Shown here one piece after another: positions 1-13,828 of a DNA stretch of 63,440 bases. The notes beneath the pieces were generated by a model, which saw only the letters and a list, made by a program, of their open reading frames with translations, was not told the DNA's origin and did no database searches. Numbering within the stretch: the stretch's first letter is position 1; each line of letters starts with the position of its first letter. This stretch comes from Welwitschia mirabilis (taxonomy: Eukaryota): the NCBI GenBank assembly GCA_051453625.1, contig JBOZIK010000001.1:49282592-49346031 (forward strand). Reading direction: 5' to 3'. The translations under genes and the position numbers were made by a program.

Positions 1-79
1 AAAAAATAAATTAGCTCGCAATTATGGTTTTTTTCGTCTAGTTTTTATCAGGGACTAACAAAGGATAAATGAGGGACTA

Positions 80-1140
80 TGTTGCACTGCCAATTTATAA
101 TTATTTGATAGATTTTATGAGTTGTTTTACAAGACTTTTATACAGGTTTAGGTGTAATTATAAGGATTTTGGAGATATAAGATAAAATATTAAAAAAGTA
201 TAGTTATTATCCAAATTTAATGCAATAAAGGCATTTTCTTATGAATAGAGCTTTTCATAACAAAATTGCTAAGTTTCTCCTTAATAAAAGCATTAAATAA
301 GACCATTATGCCCTCTGTCGTCCACACAATAAGTAAGACGATGACTACTTATGTGGACTACTAAGTCATCACTTTTAAAGATATTTTATAATGTTCTATC
401 ATTCCTCATGTCATCCAGACAATAGCCTGGACAAAATGGACATGTAACTGTGACTGACAGATTCCCTTAGTCGTTTTGTCCATTTTTGAGCCCTTAATGA
501 GCATGCATAACTGCACCTTTTGTTTGTCTATTTCTGTTATATTTTCCTATAAATAAGTCCTTCTTCTTTTCTTTTTCTTATCTTTAATGCACTAGAGATT
601 CTATGGATAGGAGAGTGAAGGGTGGAAGATCTATCTTAAGTGTTGTAGAAAGATGAGCACTTGATAAAGGGCTAAGTATCTTCCATTGAGAACTAGCTAT
701 TTTGTAACCCAGATATTATTACTCTTTAATATAAATCTTGGTTTTATTTCATGTTTGCATGTTAGGTTTTTTATGTCCCTTATAATCTAATGTTATCCTT
801 GATCTAGTAATAATTTCTTGGGTGATATAGATTATCAAAGGTAGCCTTTGTTAAGGCTGAAAGTAAGTAGGGTTAGGATCATTTTACATTGCATGTTAGT
901 TTAGATTGCATCTTGTACTTTACATGGTAGTTTATTTTCTTGCATTAATCTCTATTATTTCTAGTTCCTAAGTTAATTTGCAAAAGCAACCTAATTCTCA
1001 TACTAGTAGACTTCAATGAGATATGATATTTTGGGTCACTCCCATTATATGAGTGTGATGTATTGTGTGAGATAATTGTTTATTTTATTATTGATAGAAT
1101 CCTTTAAGCTTAAGCACTCACACAAATACACATTGCAACA
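80..1140 (+). mobile_element. 3' LTR of an Athila-type Gypsy element, inserted into Copia RT
   Basis: Termini TGTTGCA...TGCAACA. Purine-rich tract (gggactaacaaaggataaatgagggacta, ~51-79) lies immediately upstream. TATA-like ctataaata at ~548. Similar to the LTRs at 55698 and 28960. Copia RT resumes directly after base 1140. Confidence 0.8.
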
Positions 1141-2288
1141 ATGTGGAATAACCTTAAGGGTTTATAGATCCTCACAAGCATGACTATGTGTATAGACTTA
1201 AAAGGCCTTATATGATTTGAAGCAAGCTCCAAGAGATTGGTATGAAAAGTTAGCACATTTCTAAATGAAAATGGTTATATTTGTAGAACTTTAGATAAAA
1301 CTTTATTTATCAAAAATCTAAAAAATGAATTTATTATTATTTAAATTTATGTAAATGACATAATTTTTGATACCTCTAACAAAGTTTTATTAAAATAATT
1401 TGCTAATATCATGACAACACACTTTGAGATGAGTTTTCTTGATGAAGTTAGAATGTCTCTTGGCTTACAAATCAAATAATCAAAAAATGAATTATTTATA
1501 TCTTAGTCTAAATATGTAAAGGATTTGATCAAATAATTTGGACTAGAGAATGTTAAAACAACTGACACACCTATATCTACTTCTTATAAAGTTAGTTTAG
1601 ATGAATATGGAAAATCAATAGATCAAAAACTCTATAAAAGCATGATTGGAAGTTTTTTGCACCTAACTACAAGTAGACTTGATATAATGTTTAGTATTAT
1701 TATATGTGTAAGATACCAAACCCAACTAAAATAATCACACCTCTAATCTGTTAAAAGAATAATAACATATATAAAGGTTACATTTGATTTTGGATTATGG
1801 TATCTAACAGAAACATCTTTTGATCTTGTAGGTTTTAGTGATGTAGATTAGGCATGGTATAAAATTGATAGAAAGAGCACAAGTGGTAATTATTTTTTAT
1901 TAGGATCATGCTTAGTGAGGTGAACTAATAAAAAGAAAAACTTAATATTCCCTTTAGTAAAAGAAGCTCAATATATAGTATTGGGTAATTGTTCTACCCA
2001 TTTCCTTTATATGAAGGAAATGTTAAAGGATTTTGGTGTAGTTTTTGAATAGATTCCTATTTTTTGTAATAATACTAGTGCAATTAATATTTTTAAAAAT
2101 CTTGTTCAGCATTCCAAAACTAAACATATTGAATTAAGACATTTTTTTTTTTTAGATATCAAGTCTAAAAAGGTAGTATTTCAATGAATTTTATTAGTAC
2201 AGATCATTAACTTGATAATATTTTCATTAATCCCATGAACTTTGGAAACTTTTTACATCTTCATAACAAATTGGAAGTTGTCTCTTAA
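1141..2288 (+). pseudogene. Degenerate Ty1/Copia (SIRE lineage) reverse transcriptase and RNase H
   Basis: Hand translation gives DYVYRL..LYDLKQAPRDWYEKL, IYVNDIIF (YVDD), FEMS, GLQIK, SMIGS..LT.SR.DIMFS, GFSDVD*A..KIDRKSTSG, CNNTSAINI.KN.VQHSKTKHIELRH. Many stops and frameshifts. Confidence 0.93.
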
Positions 2289-2592
2289 TCCTCTAACTAA
2301 TTGTAGGATAGTCAACTAAATCTATAATTTCCTTAACTAAGTCGGGTTGGTTGACTGGTCTGAAAACATGGTCGCTCAGATCTAAGTACTGTGACCCGCA
2401 TCTCAATGGGTTAATCAAATCTTAAACTAGCTAGTGGACCCAATTTCTTTCTTAAATATGACTTAATTACCCTTTATTCTAAAATCTAATGAAGCCCAAA
2501 CCTTTTTCATTCTCTTCTAGCCACCTATTTCCTTTATATCTAGCTTTCTCTTTTAGGTTTTCTTGTTTCCAAGTTTTTTCCATGTGGTTATA

Positions 2593-3643
2593 ATGGTTGA
2601 GGGTCCCTTCAAAAGATAACAAAAGGAGCCAATAAGAAAAGAAATAGGGTATTTCTACTCTAGAGTATTTGAGGAAGCTATGAAGAAGTTTTTAGAGAAG
2701 TTTTAAAAGAAATCTGTGTGCCAAGAGTGGCCTATTGCTTTAGAAGAACTCAGATATCTCTATGATGTGGTCAAACTCCTACAAGATCTTAATCTTTTCT
2801 ACTTTTTAATGTCTTAGGACCTACCTATCCTTTTCTCACTAGGATGTTCTACTATAATGATTCTTTTGATCCCAACAATAATACCATAAAAACCCTTGTC
2901 TTGGGAAAGAAAATAAGAGTTATTGCAAATGTCATTACTACTATTGCAAATATCCCTAGAGGAGATTAAGATGGATTCTGGACCCTTCATGATTCCATGG
3001 AGGACAAGGCAGAGGTAAAAAGAGAACTTTATGGTAAGTTTCATAGGTGGAAAAGCACCTTTTCTACTTCTCTCCTTACCCCAAAGTACCATTTCTTGCA
3101 TTTAGTTTTTACCTATAATTTCTTAATTTTGACGGGTCATTGTGATCAGGCCTCTAATTATAGGGTCTATTTGATGTATTTGGTGGAAACTAGGCATTCT
3201 ATTGATGATCCTGCCATAATGTTGAAAAATATGATCTCCTAGTTAGAGTACCATAACATTGGAACTCTTCCTTATTTAATGTTAATTTCCAACATCTATT
3301 GGCATTATAAAGTCCAGTTACACCAGAAGTTAGAAACCGTCAATCTTATATCAGCCATTAGGTGTGTAACATTCTTTCGTAAGCATATCTTTGTAAGTTT
3401 AAAAAATCCTCTAAGTCTTCTTCTCTTAGATAAGCCTCACTGAAAGAGACTCTTTCATATCTGAGGAGGATAGACTCTCGTACCAGGTACATGAAAGAAT
3501 CTCTGATTGCGATAGGGTATGAGATTGCTGATACTTCAAAGGAAGCTAAAATCTTAGCACAAAAGACTATCAAATAAGAAGAGGAATAAGAAGAATAATA
3601 TTCTAAAGAAGAATCAGAAGAGGAAGCTAAAGAATCTGATTGA
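2593..3643 (+). pseudogene. Sirevirus extra 3' ORF (env-like / putative plant transposon protein family), degenerate
   Basis: Lies between pol and the PPT region. Motifs PTYPFLTRMFYYN and FLHLVFTYNFLILTGH...YLMYLV...IDDPAIML..M...TLPYLMLISNI, with an acidic C-terminus. Overlaps the ORF-track entry 2997..3242. Confidence 0.7.
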
Positions 3644-3699
3644 TCTTCTCTTTATTTTGTGTTTTTCATGTTGTTATGCTTATTTTTCTTCTCTTTTTT

Positions 3700-4177
3700 A
3701 TCATTGATATTAAAAGGGATAAAGTAGTTCATTCCATTTATAGATTTTTATCTTTAATATTACTCTCTTTTAGTTTCTTCAGTCGTACTTCTCAATTTGT
3801 ATCAGATTTAATTGCTCTTAATAAGTATCTTTCTATTTGTACTGCTTCATATTTAAGTAATGAAAATGCATTTTGTATTACTTCCATCTTACATTTGATG
3901 CACATTTAATTTATCATGAACCAAAAATTTTTGTTACATTAAATATCCCTTAATCAAAAATTTTTATCACATATTACATGAAATTTACATGTCTTATAAA
4001 TTATACTATAAATTATTCTAATTATTGCATAAGTTATAATCTCCTTTATAAATATTTTATTCGATATAAATGCTCAATATTACTTTGAAATGTAATGGAC
4101 ATTATCTGCGGGGGATTTTTTCTAGAATTTATATTTTCAACTAACTATAGTTTGTCATTAATATTAAAGAAGGAGAT
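3700..4177 (+). promoter_or_regulatory. Multiple polypurine tract region typical of Sireviruses
   Basis: Decayed AAAAGGGGGAGA-type tracts at ~3712 (aaaagggataaag), ~4109 (cggggga) and terminal tttgtcattaatattaaagaaggagat abutting the LTR. Confidence 0.65.
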
Positions 4178-5595
4178 TATTGAGTTAATATTTATCATGT
4201 TGATGTCAAAGTAACATTTTCTATTTAGAAAAATATGTTGTATCGTATGCAAAAAATATTAAACTTTTTCAAGTCAAAAGTTGAAATATTTTATTACAAT
4301 TTAAACCTAAATCTATTAGTTTTAATATCCTCTGGGAGGTTGACTAGATTCCCAGGGTCTACCACATTTGAACCACACACTATAATGAACTGAATTCAAA
4401 GGGTCAACTAGATTTCTAAGGAGTTGACTAGATCTAAGCATCTTATATTTCATAGCCAATCATTAAGGGGTTAACTAAATTCCTAAGGGATCAACTGAAC
4501 TTAAGCATATTATATTTCATAGCTAATCATCAATGGGTCAACTTGATTCCTGAGGGGTTGATTGGACCTGAGCATCTAATATTTTGCATTTAATCATTAT
4601 GAGTTGACTAGATTTTAGAGGGGTTAATCAGACTTGGAGTAAAATGTTTTCACCCTTTATCATTAAGAAGTTGATCAGACCTTCATGGGTCAACTAGACC
4701 TGAATCATAAAAATAGTGTTACATTCTTTTTTGAATATGGAGTCAACTAAATTAATATGTAGACAACCAAACCTATGATCAACCAAACCCTAAGGTCTCG
4801 ACTGGACATGGGGCCATAAGAAACAAGGGTCAACTAGAAGATCATGAGGGTAGCCGACTTTAGTGATGGTACTAGATGGAGTTAATCAGATATTTCAAGG
4901 GGTAAACTAATCATGATAGAAATAGGATTTCTTTAGCTGTTGGGAACCAATTTTTTATCCGTTGAAGAGTTTTTTCACCTGTAAAAATCCTAAAAAGCAT
5001 CTCTTATATATTTTCCAAGAGTCAAAATCACTGCACCACTTTTAAATCAGTGTGAAATCATTGTTGAACTCATTGGCACATTCTCTACTTAGCTAAAGAT
5101 GAATCAAGAGTTGTTGTTATCATTTTGTACTTGGTCAAGTCAATTGCACTATATGCTTGTGGATCTTGCCATCTTCTCAAGTAGTGTAGCAATATTATTC
5201 TTAACCTAGAGATATAGTGAAATCTATGCATTATGGCACACCATTGTGACCACTTCAAATTCTTGCTAAAGTTAAGATTAACCCTTAGAAAAGTATGATT
5301 GTAAAGGTTACATATGAACTGGAATACTTGGAAGAGATTAGCAAAGATTCAGATCAGACTTGAGTAGAAGCTAATCACTGAGAGTGGAGTAGGGGGTTTT
5401 CCTAAATTACTATAAAATCAAGTCTACATCTCCATTAATATTTTTATGCTTTCTATTTTTCATTTTTAGAATAGTTTTATTTTTTAATTTGCACAAATAG
5501 TTTAGTGTCTATTTCATGTGGAGATAATTTTGTAAATATATTCATTTATTTTTTTAAATCCTATTCACCCTCCTCTAGGGTTCTTGATCCTTTAA
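4178..5595 (+). mobile_element. 3' LTR of Sirevirus/SIRE Copia element
   Basis: Starts right after the PPT (tattgag, decayed TGTTG). Contains a repeated-motif array. C-rich ctattcaccctcctctagg signal ~20 bp before the end (cctttaa). Homologous to 59060-60123. Confidence 0.8.
4334..4912. repeat. Array of decayed GGGGTCGACCGGA motifs in Sirevirus LTR
   Basis: More than 15 variants such as gggtcaactagatt, ggagttgactagatc and ggggttgattggacc, often paired with ~19-20 bp spacing. Confidence 0.8.
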
Positions 5596-6898
5596 TTGTT
5601 ATTGATGATTGATGATTATTATTCTACTTTATCTTCATATTTATATCATGTTCTATGTGATGTAATGATTTTCTATTTTAGATTTGAAGTGAAACATGTT
5701 ATTTAATGATTTCTGCTCCCATTAACAATTATATTATTAATTATGTTAACTTTCTAATGCTTCCTTTTAATTTTAACTTGGTTTTACACTTTAAACTTTA
5801 ATATTTATTTTTTAAATTCATTCAAATTTTCCTCATATTCATCCTTTATCACCTTATTAAATTAATTTATTAATTTAAATTTGAGTTCATCATGTTTAGG
5901 ACAATGTTAAAATTGCTTAGTCTTTATAGTTTTATCTTAGGACCAAGAATAATAATAATATTCTTAAAAAACTTTATTACTTCTAGTTCTTAGCTAGTTT
6001 ATTTCATCTTAAGTATTATTTTAATATCTAATCTTTTTTTTCTTTTTGCGTTATCTTACTTTAATACTTTAGCTTTAATATGCTTTGTTTTAATCTAAAA
6101 AATATTTTTTTCTTCTTAGTAGATTACTCATGAAAAATAATTAACTATTTGTTTTATGTTAAGGATTAGTTTTTCCTTTGATGAAGTTATAAAATAATAC
6201 ATACAAAAATACTTTTTACAACTTGTTTTTTATTGCTTTAGTAAAAACTAAGATTTTTTAAGATAGACATAAAAGAAAAAATAGGACAAAATTTTGTCTA
6301 GCACAAGAAAACGTTAAGTTGATTTCAAAGCTATCTTATCATGTATTCAAGGTCATATAGTTTATCAAGAGCTCCTTTAGTAGTTGATTTGGCTAGCTTA
6401 TAAATTTTCTCAATACTTTTTTTAGGCTTCTTGAGTGACTTAGGCTTAGGATGACCTACTTGTAATAGATCTTGAACTTAACATAGTTTCTAAATTTGCA
6501 TTTAAATATCATAAGTGTACTTTTTACATCATTAAGATATTTATCTTTTTAGTCCATTTTATAAGAGATATTGATCTTCTTTTCTTTAAGCTAAGTGGTA
6601 TTAAGATGCTATAGGACTGCATCTTTATTTTAATTCATTAAGTTACTACTATAGTGTATGTTTATCTTACTTCATTATGTTACTAGAAGAGTGATTTATT
6701 ATCTTGCTTCATTGTTATTAGTTGTTATTTCTATTGGTCTATTATGATTGATACCATAATTAGTAATTATCATTAAATGTCTCTAACATCTCACCATATC
6801 ATAAAACATGTCTAAGAATACATGACTCACATAGAACCAATTAGAAGATTACTTCTTATTCCTGTAGTATCAAAGTATTAATGATACATGATAAACAA

Positions 6899-8433
6899 TG
6901 ATAGGTAATCAACTTGTCACAATTAACATATGATTTAGAGTGTTTTTTCAGATCTTTTTAATAGATTTGTAAGAAAATTGAAAATAATTTAAAGATTCAT
7001 CTAGATAATTAAATGAAGAATTAATTTTTGATATTATAAACCTTTTCTTAGCATATTTCAAACATCATAGCATTATGATTCTAATTTAAATGGAGAAATG
7101 ATGATGAACATGATTAAAAAATGAAAAAAGAGTATCGCCTGCTCAGTTGTCTGGATGATATTTAGAGTACATTAGATATTTATTAAGTAAAATCACAATC
7201 TAAGTATGGGCCTAACTAGTCTTTATGATGAATGACAAGTATACCGTTAAAGTCAACTCATTGGAAAGGTATTAGAATATGTTAATTAACTTAAAGGCCA
7301 TGATCAAATTCAAAATACACTCAACTATGATTAATGCACTTGTGAAGGATGAAGGAAGGTTAAGTCTAGTAAAATAAAGCATTAAAGGCTGAGAGAAAGT
7401 CTAATTATAGCAATTTAAAAAGATAAAGTTTCAAGAGATATGTCATTCACCTAGTTATTTGGATGACGTTAGAAGATGACTAGTAGGAACAAAAGAAACA
7501 TAAAAATCATTGTTTACGTCATCATCTAGATGACAGTACTAGATAACACTTAATAAACACAAATAAAAACATTATTGTTACACTAACTGTCATCCATATA
7601 GTTATCTAAATAACACTATATGAATGAAACTTAGGTGTTACACCAAGAAGACATGTGGAGGATAGTTAAATATTAGAATAGAAGATCACGTGTCATTCAT
7701 CTTGTTGTTCAAATAACACCCAGTAGTATGATATTTTTAAAAAATGTAAAATGTATCTTATCTATTATAAAATTAGTATTATGATTACTCTTGTTCAATT
7801 ATTATTCCTTACATATCTAAACCATTAATTCAAAATTATAAATACCCCAATTAAATTCCCCATTTCTCATCTTTGATGCATCAATTCTTCTTGCAATGAA
7901 TTAAAATTCAAATGAATAAGGGACCATCTAGCGTAGGAGAGGAGCTTACCTTGGTATTGGGTTAAGATGCCTCCATTGAAAGATGACTACATTTAAGCTA
8001 ATGTAAGAGCATTATTATTAATAAAAGATCATTTTATTTATACTAATTTTTCTTTTATCTTCTTTATAATTAACATTGGTTACAATTAAAGCCACATTAT
8101 TTTGTAATTGATATAGATTATAAGGGTCAACCTAGATGGATAATAAGTTGGTTAACTTGATTAGTAAACTACATTTAGGATTGTATTTCATTCTTACATT
8201 GTATTAACGATTTCATTTTCATTTATTTATTATTCTAAAATCAAATAGAAATCATTGTAATTCCTTCTCGAATAAAGAAAATTTTCAAATGTACTTCAAT
8301 TTTCTTTATAGAGTACAACATTGGATTAACTCCATACACTAGTGTGTATTTGTATAAGCTAGATATGAAGATTATAGGATTATATTAAAAATGATTAATT
8401 GAAGAATAAAATCACATGATACACACCCCAACA
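6899..8433 (+). mobile_element. 5' LTR of Athila-type element D
   Basis: Ends acacaccccaaca followed by a PBS. Start tgataggtaatcaactt aligns with tgttgcactgccaactt of related LTRs. TATA ttataaata at ~7837. The left boundary is less certain. Confidence 0.7.
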
Positions 8434-8436
8434 TAT

Positions 8437-8454
8437 TGGCATTATTGCTAGGGA
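8437..8454 (+). promoter_or_regulatory. Primer binding site, decayed Athila tRNA-Asp type
   Basis: tggcattattgctaggga can be derived from TGGCGCCGTTGCCGGGGA by transitions only. It lies 3 nt after the LTR end. Confidence 0.7.
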
Positions 8455-8777
8455 AGAGTTTTAAGAAGTTTATAAGATTGATTCTCATTACTTAAGTAAG
8501 TAATTTTATTTCAAGATATTTCCTTGTGTAGTGTATACATACAAGTTTTTCTTTCATAAGGTTATCTTGTAATTTTAATTTTTTAGTTTAGCTTGCAGTA
8601 TAATTTTTGTTAATTTTCCTTTTTGTTTCAAGTTGGAGATCAGACTTACTCCCCACTTTGTGCTTCATGCAATCAAAGTGAGTGCCATAACCATTATTGG
8701 AATAGCCTACTTCTTATACTTTATGTGATCTATAAGGGTATCTTCACTTGGGTGTAAATAATTTTATTTAACATTTT

Positions 8778-11700
8778 ATGAAAATGAAAGGGAATGATAA
8801 GACAAAAAAGGAAAAATTATGTGAAGTAATTTGTTAACAAAGCAGTTCAAGAAGAGTTAGTGGATTTTAATTCAAGAACTAGAGGTAAGAAAGTTTTATT
8901 TCAATCTAAAATAGAAGAGCATGATTATTTTGCTTTTCATTTGCATATTTCTAAAAGTAACTCACATATTTTTTTTAAAAGTAATTTTTTTCATAAATCA
9001 TCTTCCCTTTCAAACTCCTTTAAGTAACATGCCTCTCAAATCTCTTTCTATTCTAACCCCTTAAACATGTTAGCCTCTACTCATACTTATACTTCATTAA
9101 CTCTAAAGGATATGGTAGCTTATAAAAAAAATATAAATTTAAAACCCTTTTGATCTACCCAATGAAGATGATGTGGAATTTGAAAAATTACAAGCTTATT
9201 CTATCTTTTTCGGAGATGATGAAGAAAACCCTTTTCAACACCTAGCTAAAATAGGATAGCTCATTCTTACCTCAAAAAATAGGAAAAATAAGGTAACTTA
9301 TAGGACCTACATGATTATTTTCCCTTTCTCTCTTAGAAAAAAGGCTAAGAATTAGTTGAAAGATATCCTACATAAAATCCTTAATGCTTGAAACTAAGTT
9401 TAACATACCTTTATAAAAAGGTTCATGAATGAAATAACTATGAGGAAAGGAAGAAGAGATGTTACCAACTTTTCATAATAGCTTTATGAGGATTATGCTA
9501 AAACCTATAAGGGATTCTTAATTGCTAATTTATCTAATCTTATAGGTGAATTTTCAAGAGAAATAATGTTAATCACTTCTTTAATGGATTGAATAGACAT
9601 ACCAAGAAACTAGTATATTTTTTATTTGGTGAAAATTCACATAACTTAACTTTAGATGATGCTTAGAAACTCTTAGAGGGATTAGTAAAAATTAGTTAAA
9701 CATGGCCTAAACCAACCCTTAAGAAGGGAAAAACTATAGGGGAAATGTTGAAAGACATAATACAATATGAATATCAACCTAGTCCTAGCAATTTAATTCA
9801 AGTCTTACTAATACTTTTAAAACTTATACAAAGGTCTTAGCTGATGTGAAATTATTAAACTAATAAGGAATATTTACTAACTTACTCTCATTATGAAATA
9901 TGCGAAGAAAACTCCTATTACATCAAAGATTATCTTACCTTACCAATGTGTAGAGTAATGATCTATGAAGAAGCTTGTGCTTTCAATCAAAGATCTAATA
10001 ATGTCAAAAATAATCAACAATTTTAGCCAAGAAATAATAGGCCACAACTATCCTTCAAACTTTCTTTTGATAATAAATGTAGAAATAATAGCTTTCAACC
10101 CAGTAATTTTCAGCCTAATAACTTTTAGTCCCATAACTTTTATCCCTACAAATTTCATCCCAATAATGTTTAGTTCAATAACATTTAACCCAATGCTATC
10201 AACTATACTATGAATGATTCCCTTAGATATTTAATTAAGGGTTGAAAAAAAAACAAAGGCGATTAAAAATAATATGGAAAACCTTATAGGGATATTTCAA
10301 TAAACCATCTTAGTAAATCAAATATCTTAAGGCTTCCCTATAACCCAAACCATTCCTAATGCAAATGATGTTAAAAAAGATAGAAAGACAGTGACAAAAG
10401 TTGGATATTATATAACTTCCAATGAGGAATCCTTCACTTTCCATAACTAATAAAAAAATCAAACCCATGATGATGATATAAAAATCCTTAAATCAACCTA
10501 GTTTTTCTTTAGATCCTAAAGCAAAATTTAGCTATAACATAATTAATTAAAATAAAGGAAATAAACTTATAACCCCTTTGCTAGAAAGATTAAATATAAA
10601 TCCTACCTATGATAATTATCTTAAAACAACCATGCAAGATGTGAGTATTAATATTTAATTTTAAAAAATATTTCAAGATAATCCTAAATACCATAAAGTC
10701 TGAAACATGTCATACAGTGATGTCTTGCATGGCTTGCACTGATTATTGAAGGTAAGTATATACTATAATTATTAAAATGTTGTGGAAGGATCCTCGTTGT
10801 GTGGACATGAGTATATAGGAGGGAATAAGTGGGACCGGCTCCAACATGCCACTAACAATGCAATTACTCACTAGGTGTGTGGTGGGACTAGTAACTAGGG
10901 CTAGTTATTCCTATTGGAAAACATGATTTATTTGGATAGTTAGATGTATAACCCTCTAATTAGGTCATAGGTGGTAGCCTAACTGAGTTGAAATGACCCA
11001 GTGACCTAACAATAGGAACCATAATGAGTGTGCAACTCAATGACGTGGGTACCTAATCCCTTTTAAAATTAGTAATGTAGAAGTGTTTAAAATTCAAAGA
11101 AGTAGGATTTTCACAAATAGTATTATCTTGAAATGAATTTAGAAACTAAAAAGAGCATTACTAGACATAGGATAGAGTATCAAGATTATGTCATTTTACA
11201 TTTTCAAAAAGCTTGTAGGGAAGACTAGGATTAAATCAACAAAAATGATGTTGAAACCAACATATGAAACTATTAGGAAACTAATTATAATTATTAAGAA
11301 TTTGGTCATACAAATTAAAGAAGCTTTTAATCCTAAATATGATCATCATTAAGGTGAAACACAATAAGGATATCCTTACTTTAGGAAAAGCCTTTTATTT
11401 AATAGCCCAATATATTATTGACACATGTACTAGATTGATGGAATGCCATGTTGGCAATAAAAAGTTTATTATTTAATTCTTTGATGTGGATAAAAATGAT
11501 ACTAGAGAAGATTATGATCTTGAGCGGAAAATTGGAATTTCATGCTCATTTAGCATTACCTCTTAGAAGAAAGGCTCCTTATTTTATATAAAAAAACTTT
11601 AATTAATTATCTTAAAGAATGTAAAACATTTTTAAGAAGCCTTAATTCCTCTAGTTTATGTNNNNNNNNNNTCTTAATAATAAACTCCTGTGTAAAAACT

Positions 11701-11986
11701 TAAATGGTAAAATAAATGAAAACTGTGAATCTCTTATTGATAATAATGTTCAATAGGTTAAATACATAGAAAGCCTTCTACATCCAAATGGGATCACAAC
11801 AATAATGAGGGATAATTATGATTTAGAACTTAAAGAATTACCAAATGGATTAAAATACATCTTTTTAAATAATTATATTCAAAAACCCTTGATTACTAAT
11901 GCATGTTTTCATCCTTTTTAATAAAAATCACTATTTCAACTTATTACTTCTAAAACATGTGCTTTTTATTGGATTCATAAAGATCT
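8778..11986 (+). pseudogene. Element D gag, protease and start of RT (degenerate)
   Basis: Gag motifs F.GDDEENPFQHL and FPFSLRKKAKN*L. Protease RALLDIG*SIKIM (~11150) and LTLGKAF. LELKELPNGLKYIFL (~11823). Cut at AFYWIHKDL by element A. Confidence 0.85.
10708..11050. other. ~340 bp GC-richer insertion in element D gag-pol, possibly a small solo LTR
   Basis: Absent from homologous gag-pol copies (~37700 and ~63250). Starts TGTCAT and ends ATGACG. Minus-strand ctatata box at ~10815. No clear TSD. Confidence 0.45.
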
Positions 11987-13248
11987 TATTATGATGCTAA
12001 ATTGTGTTTACTTGATGGGGTATTTTGAGTTTTTTTTACAAGACATTTAGACAATTTTAGGTACATTTTGGATTATTATGAAGAGCCAATGGAACTATTA
12101 TGAAAACATGTAATCCTTGATACATTTAAAGGCATTTTTTGTGAATTTTGATAATTAGAAATCTAAGAAGGATTTCATGTCTAAGAGGCTAATTTTCCCC
12201 TATCTAGAGAACTTAGTAGGATGTCATCTCCATCCTCATTTAGATAATAGTACTAGATGATAGCATATTAGGAGTTAACAATGATGCTAATTAGACTAGA
12301 GCTAAAAGTTGATGTATTATCTTTTATGATGTGGAATCATCCCCATGATCATCTAGATGATAGTCAAGATGATATTTATTTTATGTAATTGATGTACCTA
12401 ACTTTATAATGGTTTCACACACCCCTTTGGACTAATAGGATTTCATCTAGATCATTATGGTTTTGTTTCTAGAATCTTCCATATAAAAACTATAAATACT
12501 CTATTTCTCTTATTTTTAAAATCATCTTTTATATCTAAAAGTCTTATGATAAGAGATTGAAGGGCAAGAGGTCCATTCATATCTCTAGAGAAAAGTCTTC
12601 CTTGGTGTTGGGTTGTGTATCCTTCATTAAGTTTCTATTACTTTATAAATGGGTGCTTAATTCAAGACTAATGAAATAGTGCTTTATTTCCATTATGTGC
12701 ATCTCCCTTATGGTTTATGTTGGTTATAATTTTGTGATAGCTTTATATTCAATATAGGCCATAAGGGTAATCTTTAATAGGCTAATATTATTAGTTTAGA
12801 TCTTACATTTCATTTCTTATTGAATTTTCATAACTAGAATATTATGTTCCACGATATTCTATTTAATATGTCTTATTATCTATATTAATTCGGATTTAGT
12901 AATAATATTTCTTGATTGATTTAGGTTATAAGGGCCAATATTGGTGATAGAGATTGATAGTCAAGTAGATATATTACTTAGAGTATTTTCCATTGCATTT
13001 CACGTATAAGCATTACATTAGCATTATCTTGCATTGTATTTCTGTATTATTCTTATTTTCATTTACCCAAATAGAAAAAAATGAAATACTTTATCAAAAT
13101 TGATTCTCTAGCTTTGATCTTAGTGCCTTTGATAGATTACAACATTCAGATTAACTCTTTATCTATACTAGCATGTGTTTCATGCAAGCATTTCTAATTG
13201 ATAGGAGTTTCTTAAAGACTTAATGATTGTTAAATAAACACTACAACA
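11987..13248 (+). mobile_element. 5' LTR of element A
   Basis: Colinear with 53301-54562. Ends cactacaaca and is followed by decayed tRNA-Asp-type PBS tggtactattaccaagga (13252-13269). Confidence 0.88.
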
Positions 13249-13828
13249 TTTTGGTACTATTACCAAGGAAGGCCACAAGAAGCTCAAGGATTATTACTAT
13301 AACAGATAAGTACCTTGGATTTTAATTTAAGTTATTTATTTGTGGTAGCATTGTACTTTTATTTTACATTCTATAGTTTTTATTTCAACATTTTTTTATT
13401 TATGTAATACAAATAATGTGTTTTCATCCTCTCTATTATCTAAATGACATTATTAGATGATGGTTCATACCTAGGGTTTTCTTTTTTTTTTCAAACTAGG
13501 ATTTTCTATTTTTAGTAGCGTAATAACACTATCCCTTTTGTCATCTAGATGATATAGTAAGATGAGTGTCAAGTTGTTTCTATTTTTGTTTTCTTTTAAA
13601 AGTTTTATTTTTTTGTTTTTTTATAAAATATTTTTGTTCATCATTTGTTATATTATCTGGATAACTAACAAAACAATAATCATTATGCATTTTTTGAATA
13701 TTAAGAGTCCAAACAATTTTGATAAGAAGATGAAATATCACAAGAAGCATACCTTGACCTTTACCTTGTAGTTATATTTCTTATCATTGTAATTAATTCT
13801 TATTGTTTCATCCTTCTCATCTATTTCT

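Noticed and set aside
4334..4912. Repeat-spacer-like array resembling CRISPR (also 59224-59657 and 45566-45980)
   Set aside because: Units are short, degenerate and irregularly spaced, the spacers resemble each other, there are no cas genes, and the arrays lie inside plant retrotransposons.
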